Part shown: positions 9,958 through 20,264 of the stretch, piece after piece | Layout of the letters: each line of letters opens with the position of its first letter | Position numbering within the stretch: the first letter of the stretch is position 1 | NCBI GenBank assembly: GCA_011364985.1 | Contig: RDOC01000002.1 | Location: forward strand, 64,001 to 128,000 | Source: Candidatus Thorarchaeota archaeon | GTDB taxonomy: Archaea > Asgardarchaeota > Thorarchaeia > Thorarchaeales > Thorarchaeaceae | Direction of reading: 5' to 3' | Length of the DNA: 64,000 nucleotides | Program-made: the position numbers and the translations under genes | The notes under the pieces: generated by a model | Database searches by the model: none | The model's input: only the letters and a program-made list of their open reading frames with translations | Told to the model about the DNA's origin: nothing

Positions 9958-10548
9958 TTAACTATCTTCTTTTATGAGATGAGCTTTCCATTGGCCGATT
10001 CGTTTTAGGATATTGTCACGTTCGTCGTTACGGATAAGTCTTTTACCTCGAGCACGAAGAAACTTCAATACAACATCCATATCATGAGCAACTCTTTCGT
10101 TTACCAAAGGATTTGGCAGGAGGTAATCCTTTGCTGCTTGGACATACTCAGCAAGCACCTCTGCAGGAGATTCTCCTGTTTGTAGTTCTTGCTGGATTGG
10201 GTCCAGCACCCTAGCAATTCTTGTTTCGGGAGTTGATGATGATTCAGCTTCGAGAAGAGGTGTTTCCTGTGTGTCTACCTTTTCTGGATGCGCAACTGAA
10301 ATAGCACTCGCCGTTTCTGATTCTGGGTACTCCTTGTACGCATCTGAAAGTATGTCATCTTGTGTAGTATCTACTTTGGAAACCTTTGCAAAAATAGGTA
10401 ACACGGATTGTTCTGATTCTTCGTCAGCGTTTCTTTCTGCAATATTCAAACGACGTTTCAATTCATGAAGTTGATTGAAAAGCTCTACAAGTCCTGCTTG
10501 CATATTGTCTATCAGTTCTCGAAGGTCTTCAAGACTTTCATTTGGCAT
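9958..10548 (-). CDS. Hypothetical protein (N-terminal coiled coil, acidic linker, C-terminal helical domain)
   Basis: 196-aa ORF with GGGGGT SD-like site; same strand as and downstream of herA. Confidence 0.7.
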   Translation of the reverse strand: MPNESLEDLRELIDNMQAGLVELFNQLHELKRRLNIAERNADEESEQSVLPIFAKVSKVDTTQDDILSDAYKEYPESETASAISVAHPEKVDTQETPLLEAESSSTPETRIARVLDPIQQELQTGESPAEVLAEYVQAAKDYLLPNPLVNERVAHDMDVVLKFLRARGKRLIRNDERDNILKRIGQWKAHLIKEDS

Positions 10549-10634
10549 AATATTACCCCCTGCAGGAATCAGAAGTACTGTTCAGGCCGTTCAGTATTAC
10601 TATGTTTTTGACTCTTGTGGCATGGTATCGTCTT

Positions 10635-12152
10635 TCATGCTTTCTTGTCTGCCTTCCTTAGAGCATCTAACAAGCTCTGTACGGTGTCTTTTGGTTCATA
10701 TTTTCTCTTCCGTATTTTGACAAAAGCAGGAACAGAAACGACTTCACCCACAAACAATGCTTCGCCAACTTCGAGTGTTGTTATCGCATCTAATGCGGCC
10801 TTGTCTATTCCTTCGCTGCTTCTTCCGATATGGTCAAGGTCATAGGGATTAGTCGTCCGTAGAATAGCTTGATTGCTACATTGACTCAATACGGTGGTTG
10901 AGAGTTTTACAGGTCTTTGAGAGATGAGGCATAATAACGCGTGGAATTTTCTTCCTTCTCTGGCCATAGTTTCTATGCGTGTTTTTGGAAGAGCCAGCTC
11001 ATGCCTGCTTTCAGGGCAGAATTGATGTGCCTCTTCTAGAATCAACAGGAATGGAGGAATTTCGCCTCGTCGCCTTAGAAATAGGAGTTCATTTACAAGA
11101 TGTGAAACTACAATCTGTTTCTTCCTGAGACTGATGAAATCGCTCAAATCGATAAGCGTTAGTTTACCTGGTTGTATTGTTTTGCTGATATCAGGTATCG
11201 ATTCTTTCCCAAAGAGACCTGTTTCTTCAAGGTTGATTAGCCATCCTACAAGTGCCTCGCGGGTGTTTTTACTGATTGTTTCGTCCATTCGAACGTAATC
11301 AATAATATCGTTCAATGTGAACCCGTGCTTCATTTGAGCACTCATCTTAGAAATGATGCGTTTTAGGTCCCGGACTTGAATTGAACTCATATCAGCGACC
11401 AAGGAACCAATTGCTTCAGCAGATAATGAACGAACGGCAACTTGAAAATGCGATCCTCGTATATACTCGATTTCAAACGTATCTGAATCCACACCTAAAT
11501 CCATCGGAGCAATATCCTTCAAGTATGAATATTCTCCATGTACATCTACAACAACAACGGCCATTCTCCCGTTCTCTTTCGTGCGTGCTAGCAACTCTTC
11601 TAGTAAGACGGAAACAAAATATGACTTGCCGGCCCCGCTCATTGCAAGGATAGCTAGGTGTTTTGACAACAGGCGGTCAATTGATGGTGTGAATTCTAGC
11701 TCATGATGTGCCAATATACCAAGTTTCGGTCCTTGATTATCAAGATGCAAGAAAGCAGAGAGGATGTCATCATCAACTCGATGCACTGAAGCACCAGGAG
11801 AAACGGCAAAATATGGACGAAGGGCCTTATCATCTACCCAAAAACCTAGAACTTGCGCATGAGCAATCGTATATTGCCATCTATCTGTTGGAAAAATAGA
11901 GCGAAGAGGTTCTCCTCTGGACTGATACTCCCTTACTGCTTCTGCGTGTTGATAATATCGATTTGTCCGAATAAGATCACTGATTCTGGCGATTACTACT
12001 CCTTCTTCTGCAGCAACTGACACGAATTCTCCTCTTCGAGCAGAGATAAGAGATTCCTCGGTTTCCACAACAAATGAGAAGAGCATTACACTTGGTGTGT
12101 CTTGCTCGCAGATTACGGTGCCAATTCTGGAATAAGACATCTCTTTAGTCAT
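10635..12152 (-). CDS. herA: HerA bipolar DNA helicase/translocase
   Basis: N-terminal HAS barrel, Walker A AMSGAGKS, DVHGEY, Walker B LEEAH, REGRKF, SQRP; directly follows nurA. Confidence 0.92.
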   Translation of the reverse strand: MTKEMSYSRIGTVICEQDTPSVMLFSFVVETEESLISARRGEFVSVAAEEGVVIARISDLIRTNRYYQHAEAVREYQSRGEPLRSIFPTDRWQYTIAHAQVLGFWVDDKALRPYFAVSPGASVHRVDDDILSAFLHLDNQGPKLGILAHHELEFTPSIDRLLSKHLAILAMSGAGKSYFVSVLLEELLARTKENGRMAVVVVDVHGEYSYLKDIAPMDLGVDSDTFEIEYIRGSHFQVAVRSLSAEAIGSLVADMSSIQVRDLKRIISKMSAQMKHGFTLNDIIDYVRMDETISKNTREALVGWLINLEETGLFGKESIPDISKTIQPGKLTLIDLSDFISLRKKQIVVSHLVNELLFLRRRGEIPPFLLILEEAHQFCPESRHELALPKTRIETMAREGRKFHALLCLISQRPVKLSTTVLSQCSNQAILRTTNPYDLDHIGRSSEGIDKAALDAITTLEVGEALFVGEVVSVPAFVKIRKRKYEPKDTVQSLLDALRKADKKA

Positions 12153-12153
12153 A

Positions 12154-13320
12154 TCAGGCTCCTCCGAAGGGATTTCGTGACCGTCTTTTCTCCAAGGTTG
12201 TGTATGTTAATCCAGAAAGTGCCATTAGCCTATCAATAATGAGTTGTGCTTCATTCATCGATATCTTTGCTCTGGCATCAGCCTCCAGTATTGGAGTTGG
12301 AATACCATATTCTAGATGTTGCCAAGAGAGTGGAAAAATAGCTGATAGGGCTTTGTCAATACGTCCTATAGGGTCGTTACTTCCAGCAAGGACTTCGATT
12401 CTCAGTGGAAGGTCATCAGCGGCTGTTCTCAAGTATGTAATCCAGATTGAAGAGGCCCATTCGGATAGGTCATTTGAGAGTGTTTTTGAGTTTTGGTCCA
12501 ATTCCGTTGAGTATTTGAAGGCAAAGGTTCGCTCCCCAGTGTCTAGGAATGCATCTAGTAGGTCACAATCTCTTGAGATTCGCAAAAGCCATCTATAATC
12601 AACACCTTGCATCTTCTCAAAGGTAGTAGGGTTGCGTAGGAGATGCGGCAGCAGGTCTCCGAGTAGACTTACAATGCGCGTCGAACGACTATCTTTAATA
12701 ATGCCGACCAGAATAGTATTCTTCTTCATAGCTTTAGAATAGAGCTGCTTGTAAAGAGCTGCGACTTCTTGGAACTTTGCATACACAATGGACCCAGTTT
12801 GAGGGCGGTCTCGTGGATGATAAAAGAGAGATCCATCGACGAGAATCAAATCAGTCTCGAATTTATCAAGAACTGCAATTGTAATTCTCAATTCGGCAGC
12901 CATACGTTCCAATGATGCTAGCTGATCAAGTTCCGGACCAGGCAGTGTCAGCATGACTGGGGTTATGTTTGGCTCTGGAAATGCCTTTGGAAAGAAATCG
13001 ACATGAAGACCTTCTTTCGGACCAAAATGAAATATGACAGCTATACCACGTGTTAGTACTAGATCCATAGATCTGAATCTCTTCCTGACAAGACCGCCAT
13101 CTATTCCGGCAATACGCAATCCTGATAGATCTACAGGCGCGATAGTTTTTGAGAACTCGGGTTCTGCAATACTTGCGGTAATAGCTGGAAACTTGCTCAA
13201 ATCAATTGATTGTTTGAGTTCTCGTAAAACAGAGCCAAAGCGGTTCCGTGTGGATTCGATTCTTTCGATCTCCTCGACTAATTTAGCAAGCATTGTGTCG
13301 AGGCTTTTGTCCACTGTCAA
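12154..13320 (-). CDS. nurA: NurA 5'-3' nuclease
   Basis: AGIDGG, LVDGSL, GIIKDS, YGIPTPILEAD; adjacent to herA. Confidence 0.9.
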   Translation of the reverse strand: MTVDKSLDTMLAKLVEEIERIESTRNRFGSVLRELKQSIDLSKFPAITASIAEPEFSKTIAPVDLSGLRIAGIDGGLVRKRFRSMDLVLTRGIAVIFHFGPKEGLHVDFFPKAFPEPNITPVMLTLPGPELDQLASLERMAAELRITIAVLDKFETDLILVDGSLFYHPRDRPQTGSIVYAKFQEVAALYKQLYSKAMKKNTILVGIIKDSRSTRIVSLLGDLLPHLLRNPTTFEKMQGVDYRWLLRISRDCDLLDAFLDTGERTFAFKYSTELDQNSKTLSNDLSEWASSIWITYLRTAADDLPLRIEVLAGSNDPIGRIDKALSAIFPLSWQHLEYGIPTPILEADARAKISMNEAQLIIDRLMALSGLTYTTLEKRRSRNPFGGA

Positions 13321-14990
13321 TTCCCTCTCTGTCTTTTGTATTCCAGAGCAGCCCTAATAAGACCCAAGTAGATTGGATGTGGAGCATCTGGTCGGGATCT
13401 AAACTCTGGATGAAACTGTACACCAATCCAATAGGGATGTTTTGTATACTCGATCGCATTGATTATTCGTCTTTCAGAATCATAAGCAGAGACTATCAAA
13501 CCTTCGTTCTTCATCTTACTGATATATCGGTCAATAAGATGGTAGCGATGTCTAAATCGCTCGCGGGTTTGCACACTACCATAGAGAGAATACAACTTTG
13601 TGTTCTCGACAATTTCCACCTGATGACCACCCAGACGCATTGTCCCGCCCTTATCCGACTTTATCTTCTGCTCATCCATTAAATCAACAACGGGATACAG
13701 GCTATCGGGTTCTACCTCGGTAGTATGAGCTCCTTTCCACTTCATCACGTTTCTAGCAAAGGCAACCGTCCCAAGTTGAGCTCCGAAACAGATGCCAAGA
13801 AATGGCAAGTCAGTTTCTAGGGTGATAGCCGCAGCACAAATCATTCCTTCAGCTCCACGAGAACCAAATCCCGGAGTAAGAAGAACGCCATCTACATGCT
13901 GAAGCTCCTTTCTTAGGTCATTCTCTTCACAATGCTCTTGTGTTTCGATCCATTTGATGTTCAGATTTACACTGTTAGAAATTGCCGCGTGCATCAGAGC
14001 CTCGCTAATGCTTTTGTAGGAATCACTGAGAAGAGTGTATTTTCCAGGCATGGCAATGGCAACTGTTTCGTATGCTGCATCAAAAGGTTCAAGCATCTTT
14101 TCCCAAGGGGCAATATCTGGATTTCGTGATTGCATATCCAGATGCTTAGTAAGTGTGGTACCAAGACCTTGCTCTTCAAAGGCGAGCGGTAATCTGTAAA
14201 TAATCTGGATATCTGGATTTGACACTACCCTGTCCTCTGGAACATTGCAGAACAATGCTATCTTTTCAACTGCAGATTCTGGTAATGGTCTTTCAGCCCT
14301 ACAAATAATGAAATCAGGTTGAAGGCCTAAGCCCTGAAGAGTATGGACACTGTGCTGCGTCGGTTTTGTCTTGAACTCTCCGACTGATGCAATATATGGA
14401 ACAAGGGTAACGTGTACAAACGCACTCCGTTGCCGGCCAACTTCTCGAACAAGTTGGCGAACTGCCTCTAGGAAAGGCATTGCCTCGATATCACCCACTG
14501 TTCCACCAATTTCCACCAAGAGAATATCAGGTTCTTGTTCATCTACTACCTGCCAAATTCGTTCCTTTATTCTATCAATTATATGGGGTATTATCTGAAC
14601 AGTTCGGCCAAGATAGGTACCTTTTCGTTCTTCGAGAATAACAGAGATGTAGATCTGGCCCGATGTTATGTTTTGAGATGGATGAACATTCATACCTGTA
14701 AAACGCTCATAGGTGCCAAAATCCAGGTCTATTTCACATATTGGAAATCTGAACCCCTCTACTGGTTCGAAGATCCAAGTTTTGTCAGTTACAAAGACTT
14801 CTCCATGTTCAATAGGATTTAGGGTACCAGGATCTACATTCAGATAGGGATCTATTTTCATGATTCTAATGTTGTAGCCTCTGAACTGAAACAATTTCGC
14901 AATAGAAGCAGTTGTGACGCCCTTACCGATTCCTGAGAGTACTCCACCTGTTACAAAAACGAACCGTGTATTGCTTTTCTTTCGATTCAA
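13317..14990 (-). CDS. pyrG: CTP synthase
   Basis: FVTGGVLSGIGKG, KIDPYLNVDPGT, KTKPTQHS, GICFGAQ, QFHPE. Likely TTG start at 14990 (ORF track extends to 15092). Confidence 0.97.
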   Translation of the reverse strand: MNRKKSNTRFVFVTGGVLSGIGKGVTTASIAKLFQFRGYNIRIMKIDPYLNVDPGTLNPIEHGEVFVTDKTWIFEPVEGFRFPICEIDLDFGTYERFTGMNVHPSQNITSGQIYISVILEERKGTYLGRTVQIIPHIIDRIKERIWQVVDEQEPDILLVEIGGTVGDIEAMPFLEAVRQLVREVGRQRSAFVHVTLVPYIASVGEFKTKPTQHSVHTLQGLGLQPDFIICRAERPLPESAVEKIALFCNVPEDRVVSNPDIQIIYRLPLAFEEQGLGTTLTKHLDMQSRNPDIAPWEKMLEPFDAAYETVAIAMPGKYTLLSDSYKSISEALMHAAISNSVNLNIKWIETQEHCEENDLRKELQHVDGVLLTPGFGSRGAEGMICAAAITLETDLPFLGICFGAQLGTVAFARNVMKWKGAHTTEVEPDSLYPVVDLMDEQKIKSDKGGTMRLGGHQVEIVENTKLYSLYGSVQTRERFRHRYHLIDRYISKMKNEGLIVSAYDSERRIINAIEYTKHPYWIGVQFHPEFRSRPDAPHPIYLGLIRAALEYKRQRGN

Positions 14991-15152
14991 GTGAGAGGTC
15001 CCTTCTGCAGATGCTGCTAAGTCTTCAAGACTGCTGACGTCCTTGATAAATCTCGTATAAATGGTTCGTTGAAGCAGCCAATTTGGAGCCAAATGTATAC
15101 GAGAACAAGAGTCTTATCAGTCAGCGATTAGACTAGGAATTGTGCCAATGCT

Positions 15153-15710
15153 ATGTCCGACTTGACTGATACAAAGGAAATAATAGAACGCTTTGAAATG
15201 TGCTTCTTGAATGAATCAAGGGGCTGTGAGTTTAGAGCTGATGTCCCTCAGTTTGTTGTAGCTGGCCAGAATTATGGACCCTTCAAAGCTGGAGACAGAA
15301 GTACGTTACCAAATTGGGTTATCGAGAAGCTTGCCTTAAACGGAATTGCAGATGTCCTCCCAAATGAAGCATATGAGTCACTGAGAAGATTGCAGAATCT
15401 TCGTTATGCTGAAGACAAACAGCCACATAAATTGCAGCCATTTCCTCCCTACCTCTATTCTGCACTAAAGAGGAAATTGGTCAGACTTCAGAGTGATAAA
15501 ACCTCGCTGGATCCGCAACGGTATGAAGAAATCGGGATAGCACAGAGTAATATGGAAGTATTAATGGAAACACGGCTATCAAAGATAATGCGTGTAGCAA
15601 AATCAGGAGCACAGCAAGACAAGCGAAAGCATATGGCTTATGAAGAAAGATGGTTAGCAGACAAGCTAAACGATCTACTCTCTGCTTGGCGCGAATTGCT
15701 GACAAAATAG
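15153..15710 (+). CDS. GINS complex subunit (Gins23/Psf2-type, B-A domain order)
   Basis: N-terminal YGPFKAGDRSTLPNW beta domain, then helical LQPFPPYLY...RLSKI...EE; directly upstream of mcm, the usual gins23-mcm arrangement. Confidence 0.82.
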   Translation: MSDLTDTKEIIERFEMCFLNESRGCEFRADVPQFVVAGQNYGPFKAGDRSTLPNWVIEKLALNGIADVLPNEAYESLRRLQNLRYAEDKQPHKLQPFPPYLYSALKRKLVRLQSDKTSLDPQRYEEIGIAQSNMEVLMETRLSKIMRVAKSGAQQDKRKHMAYEERWLADKLNDLLSAWRELLTK

Positions 15711-15921
15711 TAGTCTGGCCTAAAAGTCATGAGAAGAATCTGTTATCTGTGTCTAAACACCTTATCCGATGTCACTCACTTTTTAAATAGGACAGGCAGA
15801 CTCTAAGTTATCCACTCTGATTTAACGAGAGCGGTATTAATATCTCGACCTAATGAATATAGAATTGAAGGTCGTATGTTTGGACCGCGAGGTCAAGAAG
15901 CTTTGGGATGCCTTGGAAAAC

Positions 15922-17994
15922 ATGACAGTAGAAATGGACTCCTTGCAGGAGAGATTTGAGGAATTCCTACGCACCTATAAGGACAATCAAGGAAGCACCG
16001 TATATTGGTCGCGAGTTCAGCAGTTGTCAATAGAAGGTGAAACATCATTAGTGGTAGATTTTGAGGATCTATCAAGCTTTGATTTAGTATTTCTTGATAG
16101 TGCATCTGAAGATCCGCAATCATTTCTAGAAACTGCGAACAATGCTCTCGTATCCATACTAAGAATAGAAGATCCCGATTACGTCAAGCGTATAGGAGAA
16201 GATACAATACAGGTTCGAATCGTAAATTATAGCGAAAATGTACCATTGAGGTACATACGGTCGAAACACATTGGTCGTTTAATTCGTATTTCTGGTATTA
16301 TGATGCGTGCAAGTGAGGTGAAACCGCTTCTAATCAGTGCAAGGTTCCTGTGCAGAGTTTGTATGACAGAAATTCCTCAGGAGCAAGAAGAAGGAAGATA
16401 TACTGAACCACCTCTTTGTCCTACTTGTGGAAAGAGAACTCCAATGAGACTATTACTGGAAAAATCACGATTTATCGATTGGCAGAAGGTTCGAATTCAA
16501 GAATCGCCTGATGAATTACCCCCAGGTCAAATGCCACGTTCGGTTGATGTTGTGCTTAAAGGGGATATAGTTGATGTATCCAGACCAGGGGATTTAGTAA
16601 AAATAACTGGTTTACTTCAGACAACTCCTGATTTTAGCAGAAGAGGTGGAAGACTTGCAACATTCAATGTATTCATCGAAGCAAATGGTGTCGAGATTAC
16701 TGAAAAGGAGTACGAACAAATTGAGATTTCTGAAGAGGACATGAAACGAATCGAAAATCTAGCTGAGGATCCCTATGTTCACCAACGTATCATCAACTCA
16801 ATTGCACCTTCAATCCAAGGCCATCTTCGAATCAAGGAATCGATTGCTCTGTTGCTATTTGGAGGCGTGGATAAGGCATTTGATGATGGTACGAAACTTA
16901 GGGGAAAATCGAATATTTTGATGATAGGCGATCCGGGAACAGGGAAAAGCCAGATTCTAAAGTTTGTGGCAGGACTTGCAACAAGAGGACTCTATACATC
17001 AGGGAAAGGAACAACAGCTGCTGGTCTCACCGCTGCTGTAGTTCATGACAGTGAAACAGGAGCAATGACCCTTGAAGCTGGAGCTCTTGTTTTGGCTGAT
17101 CAAGGAATTGCATGCATTGATGAGTTTGACAAAATGGACCCTAATGACCGAACAGCAATACATGAGGCAATGGAGCAACATACAGTAAGCATTGCCAAAG
17201 CAGGAATTGTTGCAACATTGAATGCTAGAACCTCGATACTTGCAGCAGCAAATCCTACTCTAGGCAGATACGAACCGTCGCTTTCTGTTCAGGATAACAT
17301 AAAGCTGCCTTTTACTATTCTCTCCCGTTTTGATTTGATTTGGATCATGGTTGACACTGTCGAAGCAACAAGGGATCGAAAATTGGCTAGCTTCATCCTA
17401 GGTATGCATCAGGGGAAACCACCCTATGAAAAGGATGAAGACCCACCTTTGCATCCAGATTTTCTTAAGAAGTATATAGGCCACGCTAATAACCATGTGA
17501 AACCTGTCTTGAGTCAAGAAGCTGCGAAGGTGATTGAGGACTTCTATGTGGAATTGCGCAGAGAAGCAGAAGGAGGGGCAGCACCAGTTCCAATCACGGC
17601 GCGACAACTGGAGTCTCTCGTTAGATTAGCTGAGGCAAGAGCTAAGATGGCCCTTCGATCAAAGGTCACAAAAGAAGATGCTGAAGCATCACTCAATCTA
17701 ATGGAAGAATCGCTGAAGATGGTCGCTATTGATCCAATTACAGGAAAGAGAGACATCGATCGAATCGTTTCAAAGATGAGTGCGGCCCAGAGAAGTATTT
17801 CTGATGTCATTATCAAGACAATGAGAGATCTAGAGTCGGAAGGTATGTCTAGAGTTGATAAGGAGGCCGTGGTACAAAGGGCTATTGCAATAGGACACTC
17901 ACGTGAGAGAGCAGAGGAGATAATCGAAAGACTCCTAGCTGATGGAACTCTTTTCAGTCCACGTGAAGGAAAGATTAGTCTCTCCCAGAAGTAG
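15922..17994 (+). CDS. mcm: Replicative helicase MCM (no intein)
   Basis: C4 zinc finger, GDPGTGKSQ, IDEFDKM, AAANP, SRFD, ITARQLES. Start is either 15853 or 15922. Confidence 0.97.
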   Translation: MTVEMDSLQERFEEFLRTYKDNQGSTVYWSRVQQLSIEGETSLVVDFEDLSSFDLVFLDSASEDPQSFLETANNALVSILRIEDPDYVKRIGEDTIQVRIVNYSENVPLRYIRSKHIGRLIRISGIMMRASEVKPLLISARFLCRVCMTEIPQEQEEGRYTEPPLCPTCGKRTPMRLLLEKSRFIDWQKVRIQESPDELPPGQMPRSVDVVLKGDIVDVSRPGDLVKITGLLQTTPDFSRRGGRLATFNVFIEANGVEITEKEYEQIEISEEDMKRIENLAEDPYVHQRIINSIAPSIQGHLRIKESIALLLFGGVDKAFDDGTKLRGKSNILMIGDPGTGKSQILKFVAGLATRGLYTSGKGTTAAGLTAAVVHDSETGAMTLEAGALVLADQGIACIDEFDKMDPNDRTAIHEAMEQHTVSIAKAGIVATLNARTSILAAANPTLGRYEPSLSVQDNIKLPFTILSRFDLIWIMVDTVEATRDRKLASFILGMHQGKPPYEKDEDPPLHPDFLKKYIGHANNHVKPVLSQEAAKVIEDFYVELRREAEGGAAPVPITARQLESLVRLAEARAKMALRSKVTKEDAEASLNLMEESLKMVAIDPITGKRDIDRIVSKMSAAQRSISDVIIKTMRDLESEGMSRVDKEAVVQRAIAIGHSRERAEEIIERLLADGTLFSPREGKISLSQK

Positions 17995-18023
17995 GTAATT
18001 GACAATATCAGGGGACGAGAATC

Positions 18024-20264
18024 ATGCAAATCAAGGAACTTGCCATTAATCACAGGATTACAAGTCTACTTGAGAACAATGGCATTTCTGAGCTTTTTCC
18101 CCCTCAGATAATGGCCTTTGAAACAGGCGTATTGAACGGGAAGAATTTGGTATTGGCAGTACCGACCAGTGCTGGAAAGACCCTTGTTGCTGAGATTTGC
18201 ATGATGAAAGCTATTCTAGAAGGACGTGGAAAAGCGCTCTATCTTGTCCCACTTAGGTCTCTAGCCCGTGAGAAGTATGCTGATTTCAGGAAGTATGATT
18301 CACTTGGCATCCGGACTGCGATGTCAGTAGGGGATTACGACTCGCCGGGTGTAAGAATACGCGAAGCAGATATTATCGTACTGACAACTGAGCGAGCCGA
18401 TTCGCTTGTTCGGCACAAAGTAGAATGGCTTAATGAAACTGGAGTGATTGTTGTTGATGAGATTCATCTTGTTAATGACCCAAAACGAGGACCCACTTTA
18501 GAAATGGTTCTTGCCAAGTTGCTGAAAGCAATTCCAAATGTGCAGATTGTTGCATTGAGTGCAACAATTTCTAATGCTGAAGACATTGCTGGGTGGCTTG
18601 CTGCTGAGTTAGTAATAAGCGATTGGCGTCCCATACCACTTGCAGAAGGAGTATTTCTAGATGACCAAATTTCATTCAGCAGTGGGAAGAGAAAAATAAT
18701 TCAAAGAAAAAGGAAAGAAGACTCAGCAGATATTGTTTGTGACATACTTGATGAAGGAGGACAGGCACTTGTCTTTGTTTCAAATCGTAAGTCCACTGTG
18801 GCCGTGGCCAGAAGACTTGCGCCTTCAGTCAAGCCCTATCTGAAACAGGATACTCAAGAAAGATTGGCAGCAATAGCAAAAAGAATCGCCAGAAAGCCTT
18901 CAGCACCTGAGGCTTCCAAGAATCTAGGCAGATTAATGATGTCAGGGGTGGCTTTTCATCATGCTGGTCTTGACAATACGGAAAGAGCGTTTGTAGAAGA
19001 CTCATTCAAACAGAACCTTCTGAAAGTTGTTGTAGCAACTCCTACTTTGGCTGCTGGAATAAATCTCCCTGCAAGAAGAGTATTGATTCGGGACTATAGA
19101 CGTTTTGAACAGGGTCGTGGTAGCCTTCCAATTCCGATACTTGAGTACAAACAGATGGCAGGCCGTGCAGGAAGACCAAAGTATGACCAATACGGTGAGG
19201 CAATTCTTATTGCTCGGTCTGAACAGGAACAGAACTTTCTGACTGAAAGGTATTTGCTTTCTGATCCTGAGATGATCACATCGAAACTGGCCTCCCCCGA
19301 AGCTGTTCGATTCCATGTATTATCGTCTATAGCGACAGAGATGACTCAGACACGTTCTGAAATAGATGACTTGGTTGGAAAGACTTTCTTCTCCTATCAA
19401 TTTGAACGAGAAGAAATAGACTTCCATATATCATCAGCCCTTTCCTACTTGGAAGAAGGAGAGCTAATTCAGACTGACAATGACAAGTCATACAAAGCTA
19501 CACTTCTAGGAAAAAGAACATCTAGGCTCTACATAGATCCTTCAACAACCATTCTTTTCAGGGATGCACTAACTGGAACCAAATCGATTTCTCAGCTGGG
19601 AATGTTACACTTGATTTGCCATAGTATCGACCAGCCTACAACTTACGTATCAAGAGCAGAAATCGAGGATTACGAGTTTTTTGTTGATGACCATATTTCA
19701 GACTTTCTGGTGGACTTTCCGGATAGTTGGGAATTATCTGAGAATTATGCGGAGTTCCTATCCGAAGTGAAGACAGCTCGGCTTCTGATATACTGGATTT
19801 CGGAAAAATCTGAAATAGATATGACAGAAGACTTTGGTGTCGGAATGGGTGATATTCATCGGTACGTGCAGAGTGCTGAGTGGCTTACCTATGCTGCATC
19901 TGAGATTGCGAAAACGATGAATGTGAAACATCATTTAGCTGATTTACACACCCTTTATTTACAGATGAAGTATGGAGTAAAGGAAGACATACTTGATCTT
20001 GTTGGACTAAGAGGCATTGGTCGTGTCAGAGGACGAATGTTGAGCAGTCATGGATTGAAGACAGTTGCGGATTTGTATCATGTTGCAGTTGAAGAACTTG
20101 CACGCATTCCAACAATTGGCACTTCGGTAGCCGAATCTGTTAAGCGTCAATTGGGCATTGAAATCAAGTTACAGGACCAAGAGACAGAGGACAATGAATA
20201 TGTAGATGACTCTCTTGACTCCATACAGACACTACTTGAGGACTTCGAACCAAAGGATTTCTAA
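18024..20264 (+). CDS. hel308: Ski2-like DEAD/DEAH DNA helicase Hel308
   Basis: PTSAGKT, DEIH, SAT, TPTLAAGINLPA, QMAGRAGRP, C-terminal HhH (GIGRVRGR). Confidence 0.93.
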   Translation: MQIKELAINHRITSLLENNGISELFPPQIMAFETGVLNGKNLVLAVPTSAGKTLVAEICMMKAILEGRGKALYLVPLRSLAREKYADFRKYDSLGIRTAMSVGDYDSPGVRIREADIIVLTTERADSLVRHKVEWLNETGVIVVDEIHLVNDPKRGPTLEMVLAKLLKAIPNVQIVALSATISNAEDIAGWLAAELVISDWRPIPLAEGVFLDDQISFSSGKRKIIQRKRKEDSADIVCDILDEGGQALVFVSNRKSTVAVARRLAPSVKPYLKQDTQERLAAIAKRIARKPSAPEASKNLGRLMMSGVAFHHAGLDNTERAFVEDSFKQNLLKVVVATPTLAAGINLPARRVLIRDYRRFEQGRGSLPIPILEYKQMAGRAGRPKYDQYGEAILIARSEQEQNFLTERYLLSDPEMITSKLASPEAVRFHVLSSIATEMTQTRSEIDDLVGKTFFSYQFEREEIDFHISSALSYLEEGELIQTDNDKSYKATLLGKRTSRLYIDPSTTILFRDALTGTKSISQLGMLHLICHSIDQPTTYVSRAEIEDYEFFVDDHISDFLVDFPDSWELSENYAEFLSEVKTARLLIYWISEKSEIDMTEDFGVGMGDIHRYVQSAEWLTYAASEIAKTMNVKHHLADLHTLYLQMKYGVKEDILDLVGLRGIGRVRGRMLSSHGLKTVADLYHVAVEELARIPTIGTSVAESVKRQLGIEIKLQDQETEDNEYVDDSLDSIQTLLEDFEPKDF

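Noticed and set aside
17544-18053. 169-aa antisense ORF, and the many other short ORF-track entries nested in or antisense to well-supported genes or tRNAs (e.g. 21470-21707, 34539-34805, 42152-42388)
   Set aside because: Shadow frames with no recognisable motifs; the opposite strand or an RNA gene explains the sequence.
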